Source: an uncultured Acidobacteriota bacterium
GTDB lineage: Bacteria; Acidobacteriota; UBA6911
Direction: 5' to 3'
Length of the DNA: 64,000 nucleotides
Assembly: GCA_963827655.1 (NCBI GenBank)
Contig: CAWHCF010000023.1
Coordinates: forward strand, 448,001-512,000
The notes beneath the pieces are model-generated. The model saw nothing but the letters and a program-made list of their open reading frames with translations. It searched no databases and had not been told where the DNA came from. The first letter of the stretch is position 1. Each line of letters opens with the position of its first letter. Position numbers and translations under genes: made by a program. Shown here in pieces: positions 10,550 to 19,841 of the stretch.

Positions 10550-10632
10550 TGTTTCTTCGTGTCTTTGTGTCGTGGTGGTTTGTTTCGCAGCCTTAACCAC
10601 AAAGACGCCAAGGCACGAAGAAACATCAAGAC
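10550..10632. repeat. Period-9 inverted repeat element, complete two-arm copy
   Basis: tttcttcgtgtctttgtgtcgtggtggtttgtttcgcagccttaaccacaaagacgccaaggcacgaagaaac; near reverse complement of the 22690 copy. Confidence 0.85.
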
Positions 10633-10639
10633 GCTTGGG

Positions 10640-11677
10640 TTAGTTTGCTTTCCGGACGAACGAGTTGTCGTAGGTCTTCTCCAGGTCGACCACCTCGGGA
10701 GTGATCCTGGGGTCGACCAGTTGAAGCGTCTTCAGCACGTTGGGCGGGCCCTCCGGCGGCATCAATCCATCCTGGCTGAACATGCCGAGGTTCGCCTTTA
10801 ACGAGGCCACGTACCGCTCCTTGCTCCCAGCCAGGAACGACTCGGGAACCTGCAAGGCGATCTCTTCCGCAGAGTGCGAATGAATGTATCTCAGGGTTTT
10901 GATGCCGGCTTTCGCGAGGGCCAGTACGGTATGGGGATTCTGCTTTATGAACTCGTCGCTGCTGTAAAACCCGCCGGCCGGCCAGATGCCGCCGAATACT
11001 TGCCTCGATCCTTCGGCCGTTCTCGTGTCATAGAGGGGGACAGCGATCCCGTCGTTTTCCATCTTGAATGCGATGGGATCGACCGTCACGCCCGCCCAAA
11101 CCCGCTCCTGCGCGATCGCGGCGATCATCGTGGTGGTGCCGGCTGCGACAACCGGGATTGCCTGGGGATCCAGGCCGTTCTGCTTGAGCAGATATTTCAC
11201 CATGGCGTCGGTGGACGAGCCGGGAGCGGTCACGCCGACAGGACGGCCGGCAAGATCTCTGATCGATCGCACCCGATCGACATGCTTCTTCCCTACCATC
11301 AGGACCATTCCCGGATAGCGATCGAACAGGATGAACATTTTCAGGAGTTTTCCCCTGACCTGAGTCCGGATCGTGTGTTCGTAGAATCCTGTGACCACGT
11401 CCACCGATCCTCCTGCCAGCGCGGCTAGCGCTTCCGACCCCCCCTTCAGATCGAAGATCTCAACCGTGAGACCGAGTTCCTTGAAGTATCCAAGCTGGTG
11501 GGCGAGAGTGAGCGGAAGGTAAATGAATTGTGACTGTCCACCCACTCCGATCTTGACCAGGGATTTTTCCAGAGTGCCGGAGGTGTCTTGAGGGCGAGAC
11601 GCGTCCCCGCAGGCGAAAGCCAGTAAAGACGCCAGCGCAGCCACGGCAATGCAAGATTTTGACAAGGTCGGACCCAT
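10640..11677 (-). CDS. NitT/TauT ABC transporter substrate-binding lipoprotein (NMT1/SsuA-like)
   Basis: Lipobox LAFAC; IYLPLTLAHQLGYF, GVTAPGSST. Confidence 0.9.
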   Translation of the reverse strand: MGPTLSKSCIAVAALASLLAFACGDASRPQDTSGTLEKSLVKIGVGGQSQFIYLPLTLAHQLGYFKELGLTVEIFDLKGGSEALAALAGGSVDVVTGFYEHTIRTQVRGKLLKMFILFDRYPGMVLMVGKKHVDRVRSIRDLAGRPVGVTAPGSSTDAMVKYLLKQNGLDPQAIPVVAAGTTTMIAAIAQERVWAGVTVDPIAFKMENDGIAVPLYDTRTAEGSRQVFGGIWPAGGFYSSDEFIKQNPHTVLALAKAGIKTLRYIHSHSAEEIALQVPESFLAGSKERYVASLKANLGMFSQDGLMPPEGPPNVLKTLQLVDPRITPEVVDLEKTYDNSFVRKAN

Positions 11678-11678
11678 G

Positions 11679-11757
11679 CGATTGACGATTTACGATTGAC
11701 GATTGACAACTGCAATTCAATCGTCAATCGTCAATCGTCAATCGTCAATCGTCAATC
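11679..11757. repeat. Period-7 (GATTGAC)n / (AATCGTC)n inverted tandem-repeat hairpin
   Basis: About 4 units GATT(G/T)AC, short spacer, about 5-6 units of the reverse complement; fills the whole permease-SBP intergenic gap. Confidence 0.92.
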
Positions 11758-12580
11758 ATGGGGCCAGGAGTTCGCCTGCCGCCGACGGCTTCCAGCGGAC
11801 CAAACGGCGCTCCAGCCAGGTGACGCCGGACTCGACCACAAGAACGACCGCGCACAGTATAACCATTCCGGCATACACGCCGGCTGAGTCGAAATTACCC
11901 TGCGCCTGGCCGATGACCCATCCCAGACCCTTTGCAGCCGCCAGGTATTCCCCAACCACAGCTCCCACCAGAGCAAAGCCGACTGAAGCATGCAGGCTCG
12001 AGAGGATCCAGGTCAGGGCGGAGGGAAACAGGACATGGCGCGCCAACTGAGCTTCGCTTGCGCCCAACATGCGCGCATTGTTGAGAAGGTTTCGATCGAC
12101 CTCGCGCACCCCTTGATACGCACTAAAGAAAACGATGAAAAAGACCAGCGAGAATCCAAGCGCAATTTTGGAGCTCTGGTCTATCCCGAGGACGAGGACG
12201 AAAATCGGCGCCAGGACAAGCCGGGGCAGAGCGTTCAGAATCTGGATATAGGGACTGAAAACTCGCGCCCAGAAGTTCGAGCGTCCGAGAAGGAAGCCTG
12301 CAGCTATTCCAAAAAAGGCGCCCAAGATAAAGCTTGCCGCCATCTCCTCCAGCGTGACGGCGATGTGCTGGTAGATGGTCCTTCCGCCAAGAAACGTGCC
12401 GCGCGGGTCGGCCAGCCATTGCCACACTCGCAAGAGAAACTCCGAGGGACGTGAGAAGAAAAATGTGTCGATCAAACCTTCGCGAGCGCCCGCTTCCCAG
12501 CCGGTAATAACGACAGCAAATATGGCGACCTGTATTGTCAGAACAAGGAGCCGCCTATCCGGCTTTCCGTGAGCGTTCAT
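11756..12580 (-). CDS. NitT/TauT ABC transporter permease
   Basis: Multi-TM; NALPRLVLAP, EAA-like NARMLGAS, GAVVGEY..AKGLG. Confidence 0.92.
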   Translation of the reverse strand: MNAHGKPDRRLLVLTIQVAIFAVVITGWEAGAREGLIDTFFFSRPSEFLLRVWQWLADPRGTFLGGRTIYQHIAVTLEEMAASFILGAFFGIAAGFLLGRSNFWARVFSPYIQILNALPRLVLAPIFVLVLGIDQSSKIALGFSLVFFIVFFSAYQGVREVDRNLLNNARMLGASEAQLARHVLFPSALTWILSSLHASVGFALVGAVVGEYLAAAKGLGWVIGQAQGNFDSAGVYAGMVILCAVVLVVESGVTWLERRLVRWKPSAAGELLAP

Positions 12581-13343
12581 AGCTCGCAATCACCTCCGCT
12601 CTTAAATCCAGCCAGAGTCGCTCGTGGATCCCGGCGAAGCCGGGGGTGAATCGAGCTTCGATTACGTTGCGGGGACGCGGCAGATCGACGACATAGTCAC
12701 CCTTCAATGTGGCTTCGGGACCGGCGGTGAACAGAATAATCCGGTCCGCGAGCGCGATCGCCTCCTCGAGGTCGTGAGTCACGAACAGCACGGTGGCTTC
12801 CAACTCCTGCCAGAGACCGAGCAGTTCGTTTTCCATCAGGGCGCGCGTCTGCACGTCGAGGGCGGAAAAGGGCTCGTCCATGAGCAACAGTGGAGGCCGG
12901 TTGATCAGCACCTGAGCCATCGCCCCACGCTTGCGCTGGCCTCCTGAGAGTTGATGAGGGTAGCGATGCTCAAATCCGGCCAAGCCCACCCGCTCGATCC
13001 AGATGCGCGCCTCTTCGAGCGACCGCGAGCGGGGCATTCCCCGGAGAAGGGGGCCCAACTGCACATTCCCGAGAACCGTCTTCCACGGGAGCAGCGCATC
13101 TTGCTGGAACATGTAACCAGCCTGACGATTGACCCCGGTCACGGGGCTGCCCAGAGTCTCGACTTTACCTGCAGCCGGCGACAACAGCCCGGCCACGACG
13201 TTAAGCAGGGACGATTTGCCACAACCCGTGGGACCAACGATAGCGGTGAACTGTCCCCGAGGGACGGAGAAACTGATCTCCCGGATAGCCCGGTATCTCC
13301 CGAACTGGACGCGGACGGCGTCGATTTCGACAGCAACAGTCAT
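12555..13343 (-). CDS. NitT/TauT ABC transporter ATP-binding protein
   Basis: GPTGCGKS, LSGGQ, MDEPFSALD, VTHD. Confidence 0.95.
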   Translation of the reverse strand: MTVAVEIDAVRVQFGRYRAIREISFSVPRGQFTAIVGPTGCGKSSLLNVVAGLLSPAAGKVETLGSPVTGVNRQAGYMFQQDALLPWKTVLGNVQLGPLLRGMPRSRSLEEARIWIERVGLAGFEHRYPHQLSGGQRKRGAMAQVLINRPPLLLMDEPFSALDVQTRALMENELLGLWQELEATVLFVTHDLEEAIALADRIILFTAGPEATLKGDYVVDLPRPRNVIEARFTPGFAGIHERLWLDLRAEVIASYERSRKAG

Positions 13344-13357
13344 GGCAGAGGTACCTT

Positions 13358-13604
13358 GGAGCGCGGTCGCCTGCTACCGCCTTGCATTTGGCCAAGCTGG
13401 CATTCGCCCCAGGGGCGATGGAAATTGTCCCGAGGCGCGCCAACGCTAACCCCGGGCCGTGCAGAAAAAGTCCGACGCGTCCTGAAGGGCGCAGGAGCAT
13501 TGAGAGGGCAGCGTCCAGCGCCCCTCCGGGGCGCGTCTCTTTACGTGTAAACCGGGGCAGCGCTTCGCTTGCCCCGGTTGGTTCCGTCGCGCTTTCAGGG
13601 CGCT
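13358..13604. repeat. REP/REPIN-like GC-rich palindrome cluster
   Basis: cgccccaggggcg, gcgtcctgaagggcgc, gcgcccctccggggcgc, aaccggggcag...ttgccccggtt, gcgctttcagggcgc. Confidence 0.65.
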
Positions 13605-13646
13605 CGTAGGTAATTTCGGCTTGCGCACTCAAACGCATTTCAGCTG

Positions 13647-14633
13647 TCAGTCGATTCTCTTCAACATCTGATCCATTACCCAGCTTGTTCGCGAGCCGGT
13701 GACGCCGGTGCTCGGGCACTTTCCTGTTCCGTTCAGCTCATCCACTATGGTTTGAATCAGAGGCTGCTGGATGTGTGGAGGGTTTTCCATCGCGAATTCC
13801 TCACGGCCGTTACCGGTCGTAAGGACCACAGGGCTGGAATCGAATGTCGCGAAGGTTATCTTCCCTTTCGCTCCCACGATTTCGGTGACATCGACTTGAT
13901 TGAAAGCCGTAAAACACCAGACTCCGATCCCCTGGACTCCGGATTCAAAGCGAAAATTTCCGCTGACGATGTCTTCGGCAGGATAGAGTTTTCCTTGATT
14001 CGAAGCGACTCCTCCGGCCTTCTCAATCGGGCCCAGAACGTACGCCAGGAAATCGAGCATGTGGGAGGCCAGATCCACGAATTTCCCGCCGCCGGAGATT
14101 TCGGGTGTCACGCGCCAGGGTAGGTTCTTGGGGTCGAGGTCCGCCTGGTCGGGCCGTTGATAGAGCGTCACGGTCACAAAGCGGACCTCACCGATTTCGC
14201 GCGCCTCGAGCAACTCTTTGATCCTCAAAAACCGCGGTAAGGTCCTTCGATAGTACGCGACAAACAACGGCACTGAGGCTGTCGCGCACGCCTCAATCAT
14301 GGCCCGGCACTCCTCGAAGGTCCGGGCCATCGGTTTTTCTACGTAAACCGGCTTGCGAGCGCGCGCCGCCCGGACCGTGTACTCCATATGTGAAGAGGGC
14401 GGAGTGGCGACATAGACGGCATCGACCTCGGGATCGTGAATCAGGTCTTCCGCATTGTCGAACCATTTGGGCACACCGTGGCGCAAGGCGTAGTCTTTAG
14501 CCTTTTCCGCATTCCGGCGCATTACGGCGACCAGTTTCGAGTTCCGCGCCTTTTGAAGCGCAGGCCCGCTCTTGACTTCAGTTACATCGCCGCACCCTAT
14601 GATTCCCCACCGTATTGTCTTCAACGGTTCCAT
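13647..14633 (-). CDS. Gfo/Idh/MocA oxidoreductase
   Basis: WGIIGCG, YVATPPSSH, VEKPMA, AYYRR, DLASH. Confidence 0.93.
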   Translation of the reverse strand: MEPLKTIRWGIIGCGDVTEVKSGPALQKARNSKLVAVMRRNAEKAKDYALRHGVPKWFDNAEDLIHDPEVDAVYVATPPSSHMEYTVRAARARKPVYVEKPMARTFEECRAMIEACATASVPLFVAYYRRTLPRFLRIKELLEAREIGEVRFVTVTLYQRPDQADLDPKNLPWRVTPEISGGGKFVDLASHMLDFLAYVLGPIEKAGGVASNQGKLYPAEDIVSGNFRFESGVQGIGVWCFTAFNQVDVTEIVGAKGKITFATFDSSPVVLTTGNGREEFAMENPPHIQQPLIQTIVDELNGTGKCPSTGVTGSRTSWVMDQMLKRID

Positions 14634-14670
14634 TCTCCCTGGATTCCCTTCCGTCCCGGTGACCTGGCGG

Positions 14671-15492
14671 TCAGGCTTTTGAACTACCGCCCGGCGCCGG
14701 ACTCGAGTCAACAGGCGCGATGTCACCCATGTCCGGCTCGAGCTGAAGCATATCGGCGATTTTCGTGTAACTCGAGAACATCTGGGTCACACCGAGCACT
14801 TCCTGGATTCCTGACTCACCCACCCCGAGGCGGCGCATCTCGGCAAGATGAAATGACGTGCCAAAACCGGAACGCGTAGTCAGGGAAGCCGCAAAGGCAA
14901 GGGCCTCCTTGAAGCGGCGCGAGAGCTGGTTGTCGGTGAAAGCCCGGCGCACCGCGGCCCAGAAATCGGCCAGGTAACCGGCATCCTGCGCCAGAATTCG
15001 AAACACGGCCGGCACGTCGGGCCGGTCGTAGAAGCACCGAATCTCGGAATAGAGCGAATCGATCCTGGAGTCAGCATTACCTTCTTCAACCGGCGCAATC
15101 AAAGGGGCGCCGGCAATGGCCAGGCTGTCAGCAACCACGTTCAAGGCGTTCGTGATGCCAACCACGTAGGCGGCCTCGTACCAGGGGCCGTCCTTATTGA
15201 TTCCTTGCAGCTTCCCGGCTGCAGAGTGAGCCTTCACTCAATACTCGCAGGCGTTAATCCCGCTCACGGCGGCGGCGATCATTTCCTTCTCCGCGCGAGT
15301 GAACTCGCCCGGGGCCGCGGCGCGCTTCATCGCCCGGCCATGCGGGGCGCCGAACTCGGGGTCCCAGGCCATCACTCGACTCATTGCCGGCGGTTGTTTG
15401 AAATCGTAGTTGAACCAGCTCTTGGCCAGCTCGAACAGTTTCTGCGTTGCTTCGGGATACTCCGAAGCGTCTCTAATCCTGACTGTCGGCAT
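14671..15492 (-). CDS. Tandem CMD/AhpD-like peroxidase-related protein, probable selenoprotein (in-frame TGA 15238-15240 gives CEYU)
   Basis: KEMIAAAVSGINACEY-TGA-VKAH matches AhpD E..AxxVS..NxCxYCxxxH; frame stays open through the TGA; downstream hairpin; second CMD repeat lacks CxxC. Confidence 0.85.
15206..15223 (-). promoter_or_regulatory. Candidate bacterial SECIS hairpin (AhpD-like gene)
   Basis: UGCAGC-CGGGAA-GCUGCA at +15..+32 after the UGA. Confidence 0.6.
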
Positions 15493-15517
15493 AGATTCCT
15501 CGCTGTTTGGCAAAAGA

Positions 15518-15584
15518 TTCTTCGTGTCTTTGTGTCCTCGTGGTATCTGTCTCGCAGAACGAAGACACGAAGACGGCAAGAAAT
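15518..15584. repeat. Period-9 two-arm element
   Basis: ttcttcgtgtctttgtgtcctcgtggtatctgtctcgcagaacgaagacacgaagacggcaagaaat. Confidence 0.8.
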
Positions 15585-15594
15585 AGGGGCTGTG

Positions 15595-16134
15595 CTACTC
15601 GAAGAACTCTGAAACGCGACAGGAAAAGCCCGGGAGGACGGGCTCCCCGCTGAGGGTATCGCCAGATGAGAGCCGTTGAGTGTCGGTGAGAGAGCGGTAT
15701 ACGGTGACCGTTGCTTGAGCAGGGTCCACCACCCAGACCAGAGGAACTCCATTCTCGACGTACTCCCCGATCTTGTCGGCCATTTCTCGCATCCTGTCAT
15801 TCGGCGAAAGCACCTCGACTACAAGATCCGGGACAAGTTCGCCATACGACACGGGAGACTTCCCGCCTGGAAGCTTTTCTGTGCGCACGAATGTCACGTC
15901 GGGCGAACGAACGTTGTCGCTAGGAAGATGAATCCCAACATCCATACCGTAGACTTTACCGACCGCGTGCTTTCTTACAAAGTTACTCAGAAGTACGGCG
16001 ATGTTTACCGCCACTTCCGAGTGATACATTCCAGCCGGACTGGCAACGATTTCTCCATCAACCAGCTCATACTTGTAGCCGTCCTTGGGCATCTGAAGAA
16101 GATCGTCGACCGTTGCAGGCCCCTTTACTTTCAT
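15595..16134 (-). CDS. Uma2 family (DUF820) PD-(D/E)XK endonuclease
   Basis: YELVDGEI..SPA, RSPDV, PDLVVEVLSP, GVPLVWVVDP, LPGF. Confidence 0.93.
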   Translation of the reverse strand: MKVKGPATVDDLLQMPKDGYKYELVDGEIVASPAGMYHSEVAVNIAVLLSNFVRKHAVGKVYGMDVGIHLPSDNVRSPDVTFVRTEKLPGGKSPVSYGELVPDLVVEVLSPNDRMREMADKIGEYVENGVPLVWVVDPAQATVTVYRSLTDTQRLSSGDTLSGEPVLPGFSCRVSEFFE

Positions 16135-16154
16135 GGGTCAGGATTCTACAACAA

Positions 16155-16210
16155 AAACCAACCTCTGAGACACGAAGACTCGAAGAAACGCCAGGAAGCG
16201 AAGACGCGGT
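16155..16210. repeat. Period-9 repeat, single arm
   Basis: accaacctctgagacacgaagactcgaagaaacgccaggaagcgaagacgcg. Confidence 0.7.
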
Positions 16211-16215
16211 GGTTT

Positions 16216-17136
16216 CTAGCTCAGGTGGCGCTGCAAGAAGGCAAGCACTCGATCGAAGGCTTGCGCAACCGGAGGATCGTCGAGTTTCCTGTCGAAGCCA
16301 TGGCCTCCGTCGCGGATGGTAATCAATTCGTGTTCGACCCCGGCACGGGAGAGCTGTTCCGCCATGACCACCGATTGCTCGTAAGGCACATCGGTATCCT
16401 TGTCTCCATGAAGAAGCAATGTCGGCGGATAGTCTTTGGTCACGTTACGAACGGGACAGAGTCGATCGAACGCTTTGGGTTCAGTATCCGGATCGTGTCC
16501 TGCGACTTCCCTGGGCCAGAGCCCCTGTTGCCGGCAATAGAGATAGAAACGCCCGCGCTGGTTTGGGCCTTCGGTCCCTGAGATCACTCGACCGCCAACG
16601 GCGCCGTAGGCGTCCTCCTTCGAAACCTGGGGCTGCTTCGAGTAAAAAGGATCGGGGCGGCTGTACCATGCGCCGGCAATGTCGCCGTACCCATAGAAGG
16701 AAACCAGGGCCCGGGGCCGCGGGCGAAACAGGAATCCCGAGGCCAGGGTCAGGTAGCCGCCGGCGGAATGGCCTATCACCGCGACTCGATCCGGGTCGAT
16801 GCGAAAAAGGTCGGGGCCGCGCTGCCGCACCCAGCGATTGGCATCCTGGATGTCATCGAGGATTTCTTTCAGCTTCGTTTCCGGAGCCAGTCTATAGTCG
16901 ATGGAGACGACCGTATAACCGGCGTTGAGGTACCGATCCAGTTGAGCGCGATTGATGTTTTGACGATGCCCCATGATCAGGGCGCCGCCATGTATCCAGA
17001 TCAAGACCGGTGTCACGCCCTCGACCGGAGGACGGTAGACGTCCGCTTGAATACTGCAGTCTTGCACCTGCTTGAAAGTGAACGTTTGTTTGCTGAGGGG
17101 TGGGCTGGGAGACTGCAGTTTCTCCGAGCCGGGCAT
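16216..17136 (-). CDS. Alpha/beta hydrolase (esterase)
   Basis: WIHGGAL, GHSAGG, HGDKDTDVP, GHGFD. Confidence 0.92.
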   Translation of the reverse strand: MPGSEKLQSPSPPLSKQTFTFKQVQDCSIQADVYRPPVEGVTPVLIWIHGGALIMGHRQNINRAQLDRYLNAGYTVVSIDYRLAPETKLKEILDDIQDANRWVRQRGPDLFRIDPDRVAVIGHSAGGYLTLASGFLFRPRPRALVSFYGYGDIAGAWYSRPDPFYSKQPQVSKEDAYGAVGGRVISGTEGPNQRGRFYLYCRQQGLWPREVAGHDPDTEPKAFDRLCPVRNVTKDYPPTLLLHGDKDTDVPYEQSVVMAEQLSRAGVEHELITIRDGGHGFDRKLDDPPVAQAFDRVLAFLQRHLS

Positions 17137-17195
17137 TGCAAAACCCGCTGTCCGCCAGGCGCCCAGCGCTATCGCCCAGAGAAAATCACGCCTCT

Positions 17196-17345
17196 CGATT
17201 GACGATTTACGATTGACGATTGACGATTGACTGATTGAACGCTCGCGTTACGTAAACCTCAGCTCGAGTGGAGATTAACGATTGAAACGCAGCGTTCCCA
17301 TTAACCTCGTCCAATCGTCAAATCGTCAATCGTAAATCGTCAATT
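17196..17345. repeat. Period-7 GATTGAC inverted tandem-repeat element with ~75-nt spacer
   Basis: Left arm cgattgacgatttacgattgacgattgacgattgac; right arm aatcgtcaaatcgtcaatcgtaaatcgtcaat. Confidence 0.9.
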
Positions 17346-19823
17346 CACTTTGGCTAGCTTGGCCGTGTAGTGTTCGCGCGCCTGATCGAACATCTTGCGC
17401 GCGCGCGCGCGATTGTCGCCGGGTCCGAGATTATTCCGCTCTTCCAAGTACAGCCACAAGCGATCCACCCACCGGATCATCAATTCGACGTCTTCCTTGA
17501 TCAGGGTGGGCTGCCCGCCGACATGAACATAGATGGCGCCCGACTGAGCCCGGGGTATGCCGGGCAAGATGCCGCGCGCCGGCTCACCCGTGACCCGGAC
17601 GGCAAACCAGCAACTGCTGCTTACCGCCACCTCCTTCTCCATGCGAACCGAAGTCTGCGCCGATTGCCGGCTTTCGATGACATTCCCATTCTGGATGAAC
17701 TCTACCAGGCGCAGGGGAGTCCTCGACGTCACTTCGGTAGTGAGTTTCGCGCGATAAGTCTGTCCAGCCGGGACGCGAATCTCGGAGCCGAGCGGTTGCC
17801 CGTTCACGTCGAAAGTCAGCAGCGGCCCGGTCGTGACGAAGTTGCGTCCTTCGCGGTAGCGGTCGATCCAGCGATTCCAGTTCATGCCGGACCCAACCTC
17901 CACATACTGGCGAGCGCCGCCGGGTATGCTATTGATGCCCCGCCAGTTGGTGAACACATCGGTGCCGGCTCCCGGCGCAATCTTGAAACCGCAGTTGAGA
18001 AGCCGATACCAGAGCTCGGTTGCGGCTCTGCCGAACGGCAGAATATCGATCGAATCCATGCCGCCGAGCGCCGCCGTCACCGGGCTCTCCTTGGCTCCCA
18101 GCAGGGTGTCGAAAACGTCTCCTCCTACGCCCAGCGGATGTACATAGCTGACCAGACCGCCTTGCTGCCGCGCCTCGAGCGCTGCCATTGTGTTCAATGG
18201 AAAGTCGTAAGGCGAGTCGCTTCCGATCACGCTGGTGTATGAAGGTGGAACCTGTTTTTTGATGTTCAGAAAGGCCATATGGCCCAAGGGGTCACTGTTG
18301 CGGTATTCCTGGCCCCAATACAGGATGTAGCGTTCGTTCGAAAGGGGATCTACCGAACCTCGGAAAAACTCCTTGTCGTGGATAAAAGCCCCCGCGGCGT
18401 TGGCCACAATCATGTTGGCTACGTTGAGGTCTTCGGCCTGAAGCCATCGAAGCGAGTCTGCGGGGCGCTGATAATAGCTGCCGTTGTAGTTGGCGTGAAA
18501 GTGATTCTCACCGGTGTACCAGCCGCGCTGACTCCAGTCGGTCCAGCGCTCCATCGTGAGGGTCACCTCTGCGGTAGCTCCGGGAGCAATATCAACGCTC
18601 TGTTCGGCAATGCGATACTCAATTCCCTTCTGCGCGACGATCTGGAGTCGACCGGCAGGGACCGAGAATCGTTCTTCGCCGCTTGCGACGAAGAAGCCTT
18701 CACGCTGGCCGCCTGGTTCAAGCGGATAGTAAAAAACTGAAGAGCCTGCAGACGAGTAAGCCTTGCCATCCGAAGCCCGTACGTAAAGCCTGACCGGCGT
18801 GGGTTTGCCGAGAGCGTCTTGAGTCCTGACGCGCACCTGGCCGGAAGGCTGGCGGAATTTCAAGGAATTGATCGCGACGTGCTTCTTGTCCCCTCCCGCA
18901 ATCGGCATGGTAAAGAGGTCGATGTTGCCAAGATGGTTGGATACATGAGCTATGAGTTTGCCGTCGGGCGAAACGGCGGGCGAGAACTCATCGCGTGACG
19001 TGTTGGTGATAGCCACAGGCGAACCGCCCGCGCGTGGAACCCGGTAGAGCTCGAAATCTCCCTTGCCGTTCACGACGACGGCCGAATAAACCACGTCCGA
19101 GCCGGACGGAACGGCGGCGAGCTTTTGGAGCTGCACGATGTCCTGCAGCCGATAGCGGGTGAGCGGCATCTGAATCATGATCGGAGGATTGCTGGAGGGC
19201 ATGGACCAGATCTGGGGCGCACCCAGGCGCTGGGCGGCGAAAAAGATCTCGTTCTGCTTGGGATTCCAGGCCACGTCAACCCACGGTCCGGCCGGGTTAC
19301 CTGGCAGTGGAAACTGAATCTGGGTCACCTTACCATCTGCCACGGAGATTTCGTGAAGCAGGCTGCCGCCCGGAAGCCGCAGCCCGCACACGATGCGGTT
19401 CCCGTCGGGAGACCATGTCGGCGTTCCTGCGACAGGCTGGGGAGTCGATAGTTCCCGCTCCGTTCCGGCGGTGACATCGAAGACGACCAGTTTGCCGGAG
19501 ATATTCGGGATGCGGCCCGCCGGCGCGTCCCCTCTTATGTAGGCGATTTTCGTACCGTCGGGGGACCATGCGGGATGGCCGTGATAACCCGAGGAAGTCG
19601 TCAGCTGCTCCGCGGTCCCGCCGCCGGCCGGGACGCGCCAGATGCTTCCGAAGAGCGTGAAGCCGAGCTGCGACCCATCCGGCGACCACGTAGGATCAAT
19701 CGCTCCCCAGGCGGCGGACTCGATCTTTGCAGGAGCGCTGCCTTGCCCGCGATAGAGCGCGAGTGGGAATCCGGCCAGACCGCCCAGCAGAATTACCGTC
19801 ACAAGCTTTGCCATGGTTCTCAT
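17340..19823 (-). CDS. Secreted PD40/TolB-repeat plus CehA/McbA (PHP-like) metallohydrolase
   Basis: Repeated PxWSPDG; WYTGENHFHANY, GQEY, YVHP, WYRLLNCG..AGTD, FVTTGP. Confidence 0.85.
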   Translation of the reverse strand: MRTMAKLVTVILLGGLAGFPLALYRGQGSAPAKIESAAWGAIDPTWSPDGSQLGFTLFGSIWRVPAGGGTAEQLTTSSGYHGHPAWSPDGTKIAYIRGDAPAGRIPNISGKLVVFDVTAGTERELSTPQPVAGTPTWSPDGNRIVCGLRLPGGSLLHEISVADGKVTQIQFPLPGNPAGPWVDVAWNPKQNEIFFAAQRLGAPQIWSMPSSNPPIMIQMPLTRYRLQDIVQLQKLAAVPSGSDVVYSAVVVNGKGDFELYRVPRAGGSPVAITNTSRDEFSPAVSPDGKLIAHVSNHLGNIDLFTMPIAGGDKKHVAINSLKFRQPSGQVRVRTQDALGKPTPVRLYVRASDGKAYSSAGSSVFYYPLEPGGQREGFFVASGEERFSVPAGRLQIVAQKGIEYRIAEQSVDIAPGATAEVTLTMERWTDWSQRGWYTGENHFHANYNGSYYQRPADSLRWLQAEDLNVANMIVANAAGAFIHDKEFFRGSVDPLSNERYILYWGQEYRNSDPLGHMAFLNIKKQVPPSYTSVIGSDSPYDFPLNTMAALEARQQGGLVSYVHPLGVGGDVFDTLLGAKESPVTAALGGMDSIDILPFGRAATELWYRLLNCGFKIAPGAGTDVFTNWRGINSIPGGARQYVEVGSGMNWNRWIDRYREGRNFVTTGPLLTFDVNGQPLGSEIRVPAGQTYRAKLTTEVTSRTPLRLVEFIQNGNVIESRQSAQTSVRMEKEVAVSSSCWFAVRVTGEPARGILPGIPRAQSGAIYVHVGGQPTLIKEDVELMIRWVDRLWLYLEERNNLGPGDNRARARKMFDQAREHYTAKLAKVN

Positions 19824-19841
19824 AAGCGTCCCGATGTTCTG

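Noticed and set aside
14671-15237. Independent gene starting at GTG 15237
   Set aside because: It would split the AhpD CxxC-xxxH motif, and no SD is evident. UGA read-through explains both halves.
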